Source: Thermodesulfobacteriota bacterium (GTDB lineage Bacteria; Desulfobacterota; Desulfobulbia; Desulfobulbales; SURF-16). From it: a stretch of 64,000 bases of DNA. Location: contig JBDLIE010000006.1 in NCBI GenBank assembly GCA_039715015.1, positions 1-64,000 of the forward strand, in the 5' to 3' direction. Below the pieces are notes generated by a model. That model saw only the letters and a list, made by a program, of their open reading frames with translations, did not search any database and had not been told where the DNA came from. A program made the position numbers and the translations under genes. Below, in pieces: positions 29,963 through 39,698 of the stretch (positions are counted from its first letter, which is position 1; each line of letters starts with the position of its first letter).

Positions 29963-30645
29963 CCCCTCTCTCCCCAGTTGCCGCGCCGGGTGGTCTTTTT
30001 CAAACTGGCCTGCAGGAGCCGGCTGAACTCCTGGCCGCTTATCTCGCGGGCGCCAAGCCTGACCAGGTGACTGGTGTGCATCTGGCAATCGATGAGATCG
30101 AAACCCCAGGCCTCAAGCTGCCCAGCTAAAGAGGCAAGGGCCACCTTGGAACTATTGGCCATCTCACTGAACATCGACTCTCCAAAGAAAAACCCGCCCA
30201 GAGATACGCCATACAGCCCCCCCACCAGCTTATCTCCCTGCCAACATTCCACAGAATGGGCCCACCCCTCTTCATGGAGACGGATATAGGCCTCCTGCAT
30301 CTCCGGGACGATCCAGGTCCCATCATGACCAGGCCGGGGAGCTGCGCAGCCTTCTATAACCTGAGAAAAGGCCTGATCAAAAGTAACCCTGAATACTCCC
30401 TGGCGCAGGGTGCGGGACAACCGGCGGGAACAATGAAATTCTGAGGGCACCAAAACCAAACGGGGATCAGGTGACCACCAGAGAAGAGGATCGCCCTCGG
30501 AATACCACGGAAAAATCCCCAGGGAATAGGCCAAGAGCAGGCGTTCCACCGACAGGTCACCGCCCACGGCGAGTAAGCCGTCATCGCGGGCCAGCATAGG
30601 CGGCGGAAAGAGAAGTTCTTCTGAAAGTTTAAAAATCATCGACAC
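29959..30645 (-). CDS. aat: leucyl/phenylalanyl-tRNA--protein transferase
   Basis: GLLAVGGDL, GIFPW, WWSPDPR, AHSVECW, GGLYG, FFGESMFS, DCQ. Confidence 0.96.
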   Translation of the reverse strand: MSMIFKLSEELLFPPPMLARDDGLLAVGGDLSVERLLLAYSLGIFPWYSEGDPLLWWSPDPRLVLVPSEFHCSRRLSRTLRQGVFRVTFDQAFSQVIEGCAAPRPGHDGTWIVPEMQEAYIRLHEEGWAHSVECWQGDKLVGGLYGVSLGGFFFGESMFSEMANSSKVALASLAGQLEAWGFDLIDCQMHTSHLVRLGAREISGQEFSRLLQASLKKTTRRGNWGERG

Positions 30646-30757
30646 TTATAACACCACATGACATACCTTGACACCGCAAACAAGGGCCTATAAACTGAGT
30701 AGGTTGCCACAAAAAGGCGCCTTTTACAGCTGCCAAACCTCTGCTGATTACAATACC

Positions 30758-30994
30758 ATGGATAGAAAAAAACACGCCTGTCCCTATTGCCAGGAACATA
30801 TCTACGTAAACGCCATTGTCTGCCGCTACTGCTCACGGGACCTGCCGCCCAATATTCCGCACCTGGAATACCGTTCCTCGACGCCATGGATCCCCTTACT
30901 ACTCACCTCTGCCTTGGTTATAGGTGCCGCAGCCATTTTTAAAAGCGATCTGATGCGGGAGCGTTTAGGACGGCCAGAGGACAACGACGAATAA
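30758..30994 (+). CDS. small zinc-ribbon membrane protein
   Basis: CPYC.E.I...A.VCRYC ribbon followed by a TM helix; ATG at 30758. Confidence 0.7.
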   Translation: MDRKKHACPYCQEHIYVNAIVCRYCSRDLPPNIPHLEYRSSTPWIPLLLTSALVIGAAAIFKSDLMRERLGRPEDNDE

Positions 30995-31025
30995 GGCCGG
31001 AAAACTCGAAGACAAAGCGCCGCCA

Positions 31026-31697
31026 CTAGCTCCAGCCCTTGCGGGCCACCAAAACCACAAAGCCTGCATCATTACTCCAACCATCTCGAGAAGGCTCAAA
31101 CTCCGTCAGGGCCTCAGGCTTCTGGTACAATGAAGAGCGCTGTTCCACCACCTCTAAGCCGGCTGCCGTAAGCCATCCTTCTATCTCTGTTATCTCATAA
31201 AACGTGGCGTATTGATAAAAGGGATGACCGTCCTCTTTTTTGGCTTGAAGCGCCCGGCCCCATGGTCCACTGGCCGGGATCACTCCCAAAACGAGATGGC
31301 CCCCGGGCCGTAGAGCCTGGCCAACCTGGGTCAGCACCCGGGCTGGCCGGCGGGTAAAACAGAGGGTAAAGAGGATGAAACAGGTCCCTATCCCATGACG
31401 AGCAAGGGGGAGGTCCTCGCCAACCCCCTGGCAGACTCCAACAATACGCTGGGTAGCAATGGTTAGAGGAGCCCGGGCTGGATCAATACCAAGGGTGACC
31501 CCCAGCTCGCTGGCAAAACGGCCTGGCCCGACACCGATCTCAATCCGTGGCTCGCTGAGTTCTGTCTCCAGTTCCTTTAAAGCGGCGAGCTCAATGGCAA
31601 AGAGGAGACTCTCATCGTACCAGCTGTCATACTCCACAGCCCGCTCGTCAAAAACCTGGGATGCTTTCTGCCAAAATGGCCTGCGATCATCACTCAT
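31026..31697 (-). CDS. class I SAM-dependent methyltransferase
   Basis: EYDSWY, EIGVGPGRFA, LRPGG motifs. Confidence 0.88.
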   Translation of the reverse strand: MSDDRRPFWQKASQVFDERAVEYDSWYDESLLFAIELAALKELETELSEPRIEIGVGPGRFASELGVTLGIDPARAPLTIATQRIVGVCQGVGEDLPLARHGIGTCFILFTLCFTRRPARVLTQVGQALRPGGHLVLGVIPASGPWGRALQAKKEDGHPFYQYATFYEITEIEGWLTAAGLEVVEQRSSLYQKPEALTEFEPSRDGWSNDAGFVVLVARKGWS

Positions 31698-31918
31698 CGG
31701 TCAACACATCCTTACCTAAATTATTAGACAATTATTTCTTTGGAGTGCAGCATGGATGACCGTTATCCCCATCTAATCCAGTTCTCTGAGCTTGCCGAAG
31801 GGTGCGGGTTTCTCGCTATCCCCCAACACAACCCATAATGAACCTTTTTTGCCGTTTTCCTCCATGAAAAAAACCGGGAATCCTTTTTTATCTTCCGGGC
31901 CTGGGGTATCATGGTTTC

Positions 31919-33499
31919 ATGTTCACGCAAGCAATCAACCATGGCCGTTTCAAGAAATCCATTAGTGACCCTGATGATTTCACCCTCTCCTTTGAGCTTG
32001 TCCCTGGCCGAGGCGGTCGTTCCACGGTGCACGCCAAGGCCCTTGACCAGGCCCGCAACATGGCGGCTGATGGCCGGATCTGCGCTGTGTCCATCACCGA
32101 CAATGCAGGAGGCCACGCAACCCTGGCTCCGGATGTCATCGGTCAAGAAATCCTGGCCATGGGACTTGACGTTATCAGCCATTTCTCTTGCAAGGATAAA
32201 AACCGCAACAAGATGGAGAGCCTGCTCTATGGTTGGGACCGCATTGGCCTCCACAATCTGCTGGTCATTGCCGGTGACTATCCCCAAAAAGGTTTTTGCG
32301 GCCACCCGAAACCTGTCTTTGACCTTGACACCGTCCACCTCATCGATCTAGTCAGCCATCTCAACAGGGGTGAAACCGCGCCTGGTGTGCAGCCCACTTC
32401 ATTTCATATCGGGGTGGCCATCTCACCGTTTAAATACTCGGAAGCCGAGCAGATGATGCAGTATTACAAGCTGAAACGTAAAATTGCCGCTGGTGCCCAC
32501 TTTGGCATCACCCAGCTTGGTTTTGACGCCCGTAAATACCATGAGGCCCTTCTCTATGTTGAGGAGCATGATCTCGGCATCCCCCTCCTGGGCAACCTCT
32601 TTATCCCTAATATCCATGTGGCCCGCCTCATGCACAAACGGGTCATTCCGGGCTGCCTGATTCCAGACCATCTTTTCGCCCGCATGGAACAGGAATCAAG
32701 ATCTGCAGACAAGGGGAAAAAGGCGCGGCTTGAGCGGGCCGCAAGCCAACTCGCCGTTCTGCGCGGCATGGGCTATAACGGTGTTCACATTGGTGGTCCC
32801 GGGCTTAAGATGGATGATATTGACTTTATCCTTACTGAGTCCACAACAAGAAAGGATCACTGGCCCGACCTTCTTCCTGAATTTCAACCAGACACGGCCC
32901 AGGGTTTTTATTTTTTCCAGAAAGACCAGGACACCGGCCTAAACCGGCAGAAAAAGAGCCCTATCCAGGAAAGCACAAGCCAGCCCCTGCTCTACCATTT
33001 CAGTAATCTCATTCACAACCTCGCCTTTGAACCACAAGGGGCGCTTTATAATTCTGCCCAAAAATGCTGCCTGGCTCTGGATAAAACCATGCTGCGCCGC
33101 CCCCTTTTTTGGCTCGAACATCTCTCCAAATTTATCCTCTTTGCCTGCCGGAACTGTGGCGACTGCACCCTGGCCGAATATGGCTATATCTGTCCCCAGT
33201 CAGGCTGCGCCAAATATCTGCTTAACGGCCCCTGCGGCGGCAGTGTTGATGGCTGGTGCGAGGTGTACCCAAACCAAAAACTCTGCCATTATGTCTTTAC
33301 GTACCAACGTCTGAAATCTCAGGGAAATGCCGATGATTTCGGCCACGGCTATATTCCGCCGCGGGACTGGAGTCTCAAAGGGGCCTCTTCCTGGGTGCAT
33401 TTTTATGCCGGCCTCGACCACACCAACCGCCAATGCGGCACAGCAGAAAGTCAATCTCCGCCTAAAAAGGCTTCATCCGACTCAAAAAAGAAGAGCTGA
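31919..33499 (+). CDS. metF: methylenetetrahydrofolate reductase fused to a C-terminal MetV-like Cys-rich domain
   Basis: FELVP, SITDN, HFSCKDKNR, AGD, KIAAGA..ITQ; C-terminal CRNCGDC...CP..CAK..LNGPCGG...CEV. Confidence 0.85.
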   Translation: MFTQAINHGRFKKSISDPDDFTLSFELVPGRGGRSTVHAKALDQARNMAADGRICAVSITDNAGGHATLAPDVIGQEILAMGLDVISHFSCKDKNRNKMESLLYGWDRIGLHNLLVIAGDYPQKGFCGHPKPVFDLDTVHLIDLVSHLNRGETAPGVQPTSFHIGVAISPFKYSEAEQMMQYYKLKRKIAAGAHFGITQLGFDARKYHEALLYVEEHDLGIPLLGNLFIPNIHVARLMHKRVIPGCLIPDHLFARMEQESRSADKGKKARLERAASQLAVLRGMGYNGVHIGGPGLKMDDIDFILTESTTRKDHWPDLLPEFQPDTAQGFYFFQKDQDTGLNRQKKSPIQESTSQPLLYHFSNLIHNLAFEPQGALYNSAQKCCLALDKTMLRRPLFWLEHLSKFILFACRNCGDCTLAEYGYICPQSGCAKYLLNGPCGGSVDGWCEVYPNQKLCHYVFTYQRLKSQGNADDFGHGYIPPRDWSLKGASSWVHFYAGLDHTNRQCGTAESQSPPKKASSDSKKKS

Positions 33500-33710
33500 C
33501 AACTAAAATTTTTTAAGAATTCGGTCAGTTTCGTCGTTATTTAAAAAAAAACTTAAATATTCTTTGCGTCGCCAAATTAAAGGGGGTAAATTATTCACTT
33601 TTTTTCAGGGGAAAAAATTATTGACCTTATTTAATTATTTATTGTCTCCCATTTATGTTTCAAAGAGACTTTGAAAGGTCGATAAAATATTTTTTCACCA
33701 TAGCACAAGG

Positions 33711-35138
33711 ATGACAGGCATGGGCAAGCAAGCCTCTTTACGCCCGAAGGAAGAATGTGGAATCTGCGGTATTTTTGGCCATCAGGATTCTGCCAAACTC
33801 ACATATTTCGGGCTTTACGCCCTCCAGCACCGTGGCCAGGAAAGTGCCGGAATTACCACATCAGACGGCAAAAAAGTCTCTGAGCATAAAGACATGGGCC
33901 TGGTTTCCGAAGTCTTTAAAGAGCAGGACTTTGAGCATCTCCAGGGCCACCTGGCAATCGGCCATGTGCGTTACTCCACCACAGGCGCCTCCAACCTCGT
34001 CAATGCCCAGCCCTTTACCGCCAACCATCGTGGTGAGACCTTTGCCGTGGCCCATAACGGCAACCTGGTAAACATCCGCAAACTCCGCGATACACTTGAA
34101 GAAAAAGGCTCCATTTTTCAATCCACCATGGACAGTGAGGCCGTAGTCCACCTCATGGCCAGAGAGTGCTGCAGTAAAGGCCTGAAAGAGGCCGTCCACG
34201 AGGTGGCCTGCCAGATCAAGGGGGCCTACTCCATTCTGCTCATGACCCGCACCCACATGGTGGCCATGCGCGACCCCCAGGGTTTTCGGCCTCTTTGCCT
34301 CGGCAAACTCCCCAACGGCGGCCATGTCCTTGCCTCTGAGACCTGTGCCCTTGATCTCATTGAGGCCGACTATGTCCGTGATGTTGAACCGGGCGAGGCC
34401 CTGATTATCAGCGAGGAAGGCATTGAGTCTTTTTTCCCCCAGGGGAAACAAAAATCAAGCTTCTGTATCTTTGAACAGGTCTATTTTGCCCGGCCAGACA
34501 GCGATATCTTCGGGCTCAATGTCTATAATTACCGCAAACGCACAGGAGAGATCCTGGCCAGAGAATGCAAGATTGATGCTGATTTCGTCATGCCCTTTCC
34601 AGATTCCGGCAACTATGCGGCGATTGGCTACTCCCAGGCCTCAGGAATTCCTCTGGAGTTTGGCGTCATCCGCAACCATTACGTGGGCCGGACCTTTATC
34701 CAGCCTTCTCAATCCATGCGCGACTTTTCGGTGCGGGTGAAACTCAATCCAGTTCGTTCTTTTTTAGAGGGAAAGCGGGTTATTATCATCGAAGACTCCA
34801 TTATCCGCGGCACCACCGGGCGAAGCCGGGTCAAATCATTGCGCAAGGCCGGCGCCAAAGAGGTGCACATGCTTATCAGCTGCCCGCCCACCCGTAATCC
34901 CTGTTATTACGGTATTGATTTCCCTGATCGTAGCCAGCTCATTGCCGCCCAAAAGTCCATAGAGGAGATCCGCCAGTACCTTGATCTTGACACCCTCTAC
35001 TACTTAACCGTTGATGGTCTTGTAGAAGCCTCCGGCATGCCAAAAGACGCCTTTTGCCTGGCCTGCTTTAATGGAGAATATCCAGTGGCGCCGGACCTCA
35101 ATTTCCACAAAAATACCTTGGGGTGTGGCTGTGGCTGA
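33711..35138 (+). CDS. purF: amidophosphoribosyltransferase
   Basis: EECG, LQHRGQES, HVRYST, HNGN, YVGRTFI, EDSIIRGTT, YGID. Confidence 0.97.
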   Translation: MTGMGKQASLRPKEECGICGIFGHQDSAKLTYFGLYALQHRGQESAGITTSDGKKVSEHKDMGLVSEVFKEQDFEHLQGHLAIGHVRYSTTGASNLVNAQPFTANHRGETFAVAHNGNLVNIRKLRDTLEEKGSIFQSTMDSEAVVHLMARECCSKGLKEAVHEVACQIKGAYSILLMTRTHMVAMRDPQGFRPLCLGKLPNGGHVLASETCALDLIEADYVRDVEPGEALIISEEGIESFFPQGKQKSSFCIFEQVYFARPDSDIFGLNVYNYRKRTGEILARECKIDADFVMPFPDSGNYAAIGYSQASGIPLEFGVIRNHYVGRTFIQPSQSMRDFSVRVKLNPVRSFLEGKRVIIIEDSIIRGTTGRSRVKSLRKAGAKEVHMLISCPPTRNPCYYGIDFPDRSQLIAAQKSIEEIRQYLDLDTLYYLTVDGLVEASGMPKDAFCLACFNGEYPVAPDLNFHKNTLGCGCG

Positions 35139-35258
35139 TGCTATCGCATCAGCGAATGTAGAAAATTAAGAGAAGGTAAAAAAAATAGCGTATGACACCT
35201 CTTCTTTACCTCCTATAACGACTCTAACTCCCTTAACTTTTTTATTTATCAACAAAAA

Positions 35259-36233
35259 ATGTCTTCACTTGTCCGCGCCAAAGAGGTTTTGCAGATCGAA
35301 GCAGAAGGTATCACCGCTGTCATTGACCAGCTAGATGCCGATTTCGACAAGGCCATTGAACTTATTCTGGCCTGCCCCACCCGGCTCATCATCACCGGCA
35401 TTGGCAAATCAGGCATTATTGGCCAAAAAATTGCTGCCACCCTTAATTCCACCGGCACCCCAGCCCTCTTCCTTCACCCAGTGGAGGCCATGCATGGCGA
35501 CCTGGGCATTGTTGATCCCCAGGATGTGGTATTAGCTATTTCATACAGTGGCGAAACTTCGGAACTCAACCTGTTGATGCCCACTCTCAAAAACAGGGGG
35601 GTGAAGACCATCGCCCTCACCGGCAACGGTGCTTCCACTCTGTCTGGTTTTGCCGATGCCACCCTGCGCGCTGCTGTACCCAAGGAGGCCTGCCCTCTTG
35701 GCCTTGCTCCCACCTCGAGCACAACTGCCGCCTTGGCCATTGGCGATGCTCTGGCCGTTGTCCTTATTGATAGAAAGAATTTTGCCGCCAGCGATTTCCG
35801 CAAAAATCATCCAGGAGGCAGCCTGGGGGAACGGCTCAAGGTAAAGGTGTCCGAGGTAATGATGACTGGCGCAGAGATGCCCATTGTTTCCCCACTCACA
35901 AGCTTTGCTGAGGCTGTTGCCATTCTTAATGAAAAAAATATCGGTGCTGTCCTTGTTCTTAACGATGACGGCCTGCGCGGCATTATCACAGATGGCGATA
36001 TCCGCCGCCTGATCAGCGCCAATAAAACTGACTTGGTTGATATCACATCCAGCCAGGTGATGACAGCTTCGCCAAAGACCATTGATGAAAGCCTGTTGGC
36101 TGCCGATGCCCTCAGCATTATGCAACGCCATGAAGTCACTGCCCTACCGGTGACCGACTCCAAAGGTAATCTCTGCGGCCTGCTCCATCTCCACGACCTC
36201 CTTGGCAAGGGTGAGTTTCGCCTCCTGGTTTAA
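35259..36233 (+). CDS. kdsD: arabinose-5-phosphate isomerase (KpsF/GutQ, SIS + CBS)
   Basis: GIGKSG, STGTP, EAMHGDLG, EACPLGLAPT.ST, HPGGSLG; CBS pair. Confidence 0.93.
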   Translation: MSSLVRAKEVLQIEAEGITAVIDQLDADFDKAIELILACPTRLIITGIGKSGIIGQKIAATLNSTGTPALFLHPVEAMHGDLGIVDPQDVVLAISYSGETSELNLLMPTLKNRGVKTIALTGNGASTLSGFADATLRAAVPKEACPLGLAPTSSTTAALAIGDALAVVLIDRKNFAASDFRKNHPGGSLGERLKVKVSEVMMTGAEMPIVSPLTSFAEAVAILNEKNIGAVLVLNDDGLRGIITDGDIRRLISANKTDLVDITSSQVMTASPKTIDESLLAADALSIMQRHEVTALPVTDSKGNLCGLLHLHDLLGKGEFRLLV

Positions 36234-36331
36234 GCCTATTATTCTTTGAGAGCGTTCAACTGCAAGGCACAAAGGCCCGTACAACTACCTAAATTAAGGG
36301 AGAAACAGAACTATTACACCTTGAGATTAAC

Positions 36332-36361
36332 TTGACAAAGAGGGCTCGCTTCTGGTAGCTT
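36332..36361 (+). promoter_or_regulatory. probable sigma-70 promoter of the hdrC-like/mvhD/metV operon
   Basis: TTGACA-18 nt-TAGCTT with an extended TG. Confidence 0.55.
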
Positions 36362-36542
36362 CTTCCTCTGCCTTTTCCCTTCGCCAACCGCTGGGAGTGG
36401 CAGAAACTCGACACACTCAGTGAGTGTACTCCATACCTACCCCCGAGCTTCTTGAAGGGTCGTGTATCACAGTAAGTCACTGCACTGTCTATGCAAAAAA
36501 TAATCTTCAAATTTTATTTGATTAGTTTTTAACGAGGAAATT

Positions 36543-37100
36543 ATGGCAATCACCAATAAAGAGATCAATGCCGCCTTTGGTGCTGAAATAACAGCTCTTC
36601 CCGGTGGTGAATATCTCAACTCTTGCTTTTCATGTGGGGCCTGTAGCGGCGCCTGCCCCGTCAGTCAGGCCATCCCTGAATTTGACCCCCGCAAGATCAT
36701 CCACATGGTCCGTATGGGCTTGAAAGATCAGGTCCTCCAGGCCGACCTGCTTTGGTACTGTTCTCAATGCCAGGGTTGTATCTTTGTCTGCCCTCAGAAC
36801 GTGCGCTTTGCTGCTATCATGACAGCCATTCAAAAAATGGCCATGAAAGAGGGCATTATCAGCGAGCAGGATCTGCGTGAAAAAGGTAAGATCGCCTGGG
36901 TCGAGCGTGACCAATGCGTTTCCTGCCTTACCTGTGTCAGGGTCTGCCCATTTGAAGCTCCGGCCATTGATGACAAGGGCGTTGCCTTTATCGACGCTGA
37001 AAAATGCCGGGGCTGTGGAATCTGCGTAACCGAATGCCCGGCCCAGGCCATCCAGCAAAACCAGGGTGAGGACGAACGCCTCATCGCTGCTGCCGGCTGA
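36543..37100 (+). CDS. HdrC-like 4Fe-4S protein fused to a 2x[4Fe-4S] ferredoxin resembling the HdrA C-terminus
   Basis: CFSCGACSGACP, DPRKIIH, LWYCSQCQGC..VCPQ; CVSCLTCVRVCP and CRGCGICVTECP. Confidence 0.85.
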   Translation: MAITNKEINAAFGAEITALPGGEYLNSCFSCGACSGACPVSQAIPEFDPRKIIHMVRMGLKDQVLQADLLWYCSQCQGCIFVCPQNVRFAAIMTAIQKMAMKEGIISEQDLREKGKIAWVERDQCVSCLTCVRVCPFEAPAIDDKGVAFIDAEKCRGCGICVTECPAQAIQQNQGEDERLIAAAG

Positions 37101-37160
37101 TAGTCAGCACTAAATGATTAACTCCCCGCTTTGCGGGTTACTTTTTTTACGGAGAGTTAG

Positions 37161-37580
37161 ATGAGCTTTACTCCAAATATCCAAGCATTTTGTTGCCATT
37201 ACACCTCCCAGCAGAGCCTTGCTGAAGGAGCAGAGGCCCTGAAGGCCGATGGCATGCCTGAAAATGTCACCATCAATCGCCTGGTTTGCGGTGGAAAACT
37301 GCAGGAGACCACCCTGCTCAAGGCTTTTGAAGAAGGTGCTGACGCTGTTTTCTTCGTGGGCTGCCCCCTTAACGAATGTCACAACAAAAAAGGCAGCGAA
37401 AGGGCCGCTAAACGTGTTCTGGCACTGAAAAAATCATTGCAGGAACTTGGACTGGGCGAAGACCGGGCTGAAATGTTCCACAGTGAGCGCGGTTTCCATC
37501 ACGAATTTATCGAGGCAGCCCAGTTAATGAATAAGCGCATTACCGCCATTGGCCCTGCTTTTGAGGGAGGCTCAAAATGA
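37161..37580 (+). CDS. mvhD: hydrogenase iron-sulfur subunit MvhD-like
   Basis: AFCC, R.VCGGK, AFEEGAD, GCP..ECH...G. Confidence 0.85.
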   Translation: MSFTPNIQAFCCHYTSQQSLAEGAEALKADGMPENVTINRLVCGGKLQETTLLKAFEEGADAVFFVGCPLNECHNKKGSERAAKRVLALKKSLQELGLGEDRAEMFHSERGFHHEFIEAAQLMNKRITAIGPAFEGGSK

Positions 37581-38245
37581 TTATTGCTGAACGTAAACCC
37601 ATGGGTGAAATCCTTGACATGGTTAAGGATGCCAAAAAAATTCTTGTTCTGGCCTGCCGGGGCTGTGTTTCTGTCTGCTCCGCCGGAGGTGAACGCGAGG
37701 CGGAAATTCTCGCCTCCCTAATTCGTATTGGTCTTAAAAAGGAAGGAAAAAAGGCCAAGGTCACCACCGACTCTCTGGTTCGCCAGTGTGATAAGGAATA
37801 TATCGATAGCATTGACCAATGGAAAGGCAAGTATGACGCCATTGTATCAACCGCCTGCGGCGTGGGCGTGAACTTCATCGCCAACCTTCGCCCCAAGGAT
37901 ACCGTTTATCCAGCACTGAACACCTCTTTTATGGGTGGTTCTGCTGAACAGGGTATCTGGGCCGAACAATGCGGCGGTTGCGGTGACTGCGTTCTTCATC
38001 TCACAGGTGGTCTCTGCCCTGTGGTGCGCTGCGCTAAGAGTCTGATGAACGGCCCCTGCGGCGGTTCTGTTGGCGGTAGCTGCGAGATCCACTCCTCAGT
38101 TGAATGTATCTGGCAGTCCATCCATGACCGGATGAACCGTATCGGCCAGGCCGAAGGTATGGATCGTATCGCCCCTATTCGGGATTGGTCCACCACCACC
38201 CACGGTGGCCCTCGCAAAACTGTGCGGGACGACCTCACCGTTTAA
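37577..38245 (+). CDS. metV: MetV (methylenetetrahydrofolate reductase small, Cys-rich subunit)
   Basis: MIIAERKP, CRGCVSVC, RQCD.EY, ACGVGV, CGGCGDC...CPVVRCAKSLMNGPCGG, RDWS. Confidence 0.88.
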   Translation: MIIAERKPMGEILDMVKDAKKILVLACRGCVSVCSAGGEREAEILASLIRIGLKKEGKKAKVTTDSLVRQCDKEYIDSIDQWKGKYDAIVSTACGVGVNFIANLRPKDTVYPALNTSFMGGSAEQGIWAEQCGGCGDCVLHLTGGLCPVVRCAKSLMNGPCGGSVGGSCEIHSSVECIWQSIHDRMNRIGQAEGMDRIAPIRDWSTTTHGGPRKTVRDDLTV

Positions 38246-38265
38246 CGGTTGACAACTGAACATCA

Positions 38266-38308
38266 CCAATAAAAAAAGGCTGCCGTTTCGGCAGCCTTTT
38301 TTTATTGG
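38266..38308. terminator. bidirectional terminator
   Basis: CCAATAAAAAAAGGCTGCCG-TTT-CGGCAGCCTTTTTTTATTGG. Confidence 0.92.
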
Positions 38309-38319
38309 AAATACTCACT

Positions 38320-38398
38320 GTAGGAGCCCGGCCCTCCGGGCGATAAAACAGAGACCATTGGCAGCTGGCAACTATCGCCCGGAGGGCCGGGCTCCCAC
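38320..38398. repeat. GTAG-type REP doublet (REPIN-like)
   Basis: GTAGGAGCCCGGCCCTCCGGGCGATA (38320-38345) and an inverted copy with one mismatch (38373-38398); 27-bp spacer. Confidence 0.85.
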
Positions 38399-38443
38399 CC
38401 AAACATTCTTAAATGCGGGGTCCTCCATTTGAGCACCTAAAAA

Positions 38444-38930
38444 CTAAAAATCCTCAAAATCATGGTCAGCAAAAGATTTAATGTTTTCGGCCGCATTTGT
38501 GGCAGCTTTGGCCTCTGGTCTGGAAGCACTACGAGGGGCGGATGGGAGACCCATATTCGGTGCTGCAGGCTGAGAAGCGGCAACAGTCCTCCTGCTTGCT
38601 GCCATTAACGGCGCAGCTCCTACGGCACCACCTCTGCCTTCCACAAAGGCTAAGAGATCGCCAACAAAGCTCTTCATCATGGCGGCCTGACCGGTGAGCT
38701 CCTCCGAGGCGACTGCCGCCTCTTCCGCTGCACCGGCATTGGACTGGGCAACATTTTCAGTTTCCTGCAGAAAGCCATTCATCTGGGATAATGCTGAGGC
38801 CTGCTCAGTTGCCGAGCTGGTAATTTCTGAAATCAACATGGCAATACGGTCTGTGGCCTCTGTTACCGAGCCAAAAGGCTGAGTGGTTTCATCAAGCAAA
38901 TTTGTGCCAACCTCAACCTTATGTAAATCT
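38444..38930 (-). pseudogene. C-terminal remnant of a methyl-accepting chemotaxis protein
   Basis: EI.SSATEQ...QM, QSNAGAAEEAAVASEELTGQA methylation helix, DFEDF terminus; no sensor or signalling-tip region; 5' boundary approximate. Confidence 0.75.
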
Positions 38931-38961
38931 GCCCATACCCTTACCCTTGCAGAAGTAAACA

Positions 38962-39636
38962 ATGGCCAACTCCTTGTTCTCATGCCACAGCAACATCCTG
39001 TTCGACCTTGACGGCACCCTCAGTGATCCACGCCAGGGTATTTTCAACTGTTTCAACCGGACATTAGCCTCCTTAAAAAGGGGCCCTGCAAGTCATGATG
39101 AGCTTACGGCCTGTATCGGCCCGCCCTTGGAGGCGAGTTTTAGCCAGCTTCTCGACACTACGGATGTCAAGAAGGTGGCCGGAGCCGTAGATGCCTTTCG
39201 TGCCTGCTACGGCAAGGGCGGCCTCTTTGAAAACATTCTCTACCCAGGAGTCTCTCTCTTCTTAAAATCCCTACACCAGGGAGGCTGGCAGCTCTTTGTG
39301 GCCACTGCCAAGAAGGAAGAATTTGCCCGAAAAATCCTTCGCCATTTTCAGATCGATAGTTTCTTTACCGACATAATCGGGGCAGGTGGTCGCCAATCAG
39401 GAGACAAGGGAAACCTCATTGCCGAGATTATCCAGCGCCATACATTGTCGGCGGCAGAGACCATCATGATCGGTGATCGCAGCCACGATATTGTCGGTGC
39501 CCGGGCCAATAAGATACAAAGCTATGGGGTACTCTGGGGTTTTGGAAGCCACAAAGAACTTGAGGAGGCTGGAGCGACAAAGACCTTCGTCACCCTAAAT
39601 GAGCTACAGGAGTTTTTACTGGCGCCCAACGCCTGA
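38962..39636 (+). CDS. HAD-superfamily phosphatase
   Basis: FDLDGTL, IGPPL, VATAK, MIGDRSHD, GVLWGFG. Confidence 0.9.
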   Translation: MANSLFSCHSNILFDLDGTLSDPRQGIFNCFNRTLASLKRGPASHDELTACIGPPLEASFSQLLDTTDVKKVAGAVDAFRACYGKGGLFENILYPGVSLFLKSLHQGGWQLFVATAKKEEFARKILRHFQIDSFFTDIIGAGGRQSGDKGNLIAEIIQRHTLSAAETIMIGDRSHDIVGARANKIQSYGVLWGFGSHKELEEAGATKTFVTLNELQEFLLAPNA

Positions 39637-39698
39637 AAAGCGGCAAGATAAGCAGGTGGGGCTGTTACATGGAAGGCTGCATAACAGCACACATCATT

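Noticed and set aside
36543..37580. Selenocysteine recoding in the Hdr/MvhD genes
   Set aside because: All expected cysteine positions use Cys codons; no in-frame TGA at motif sites.
38237..38263. TTAACGG TTGACAA CTGAACA after metV, resembling the 13.8-kb heptamers
   Set aside because: Only two or three degenerate units and no partner arm; compatible with chance.
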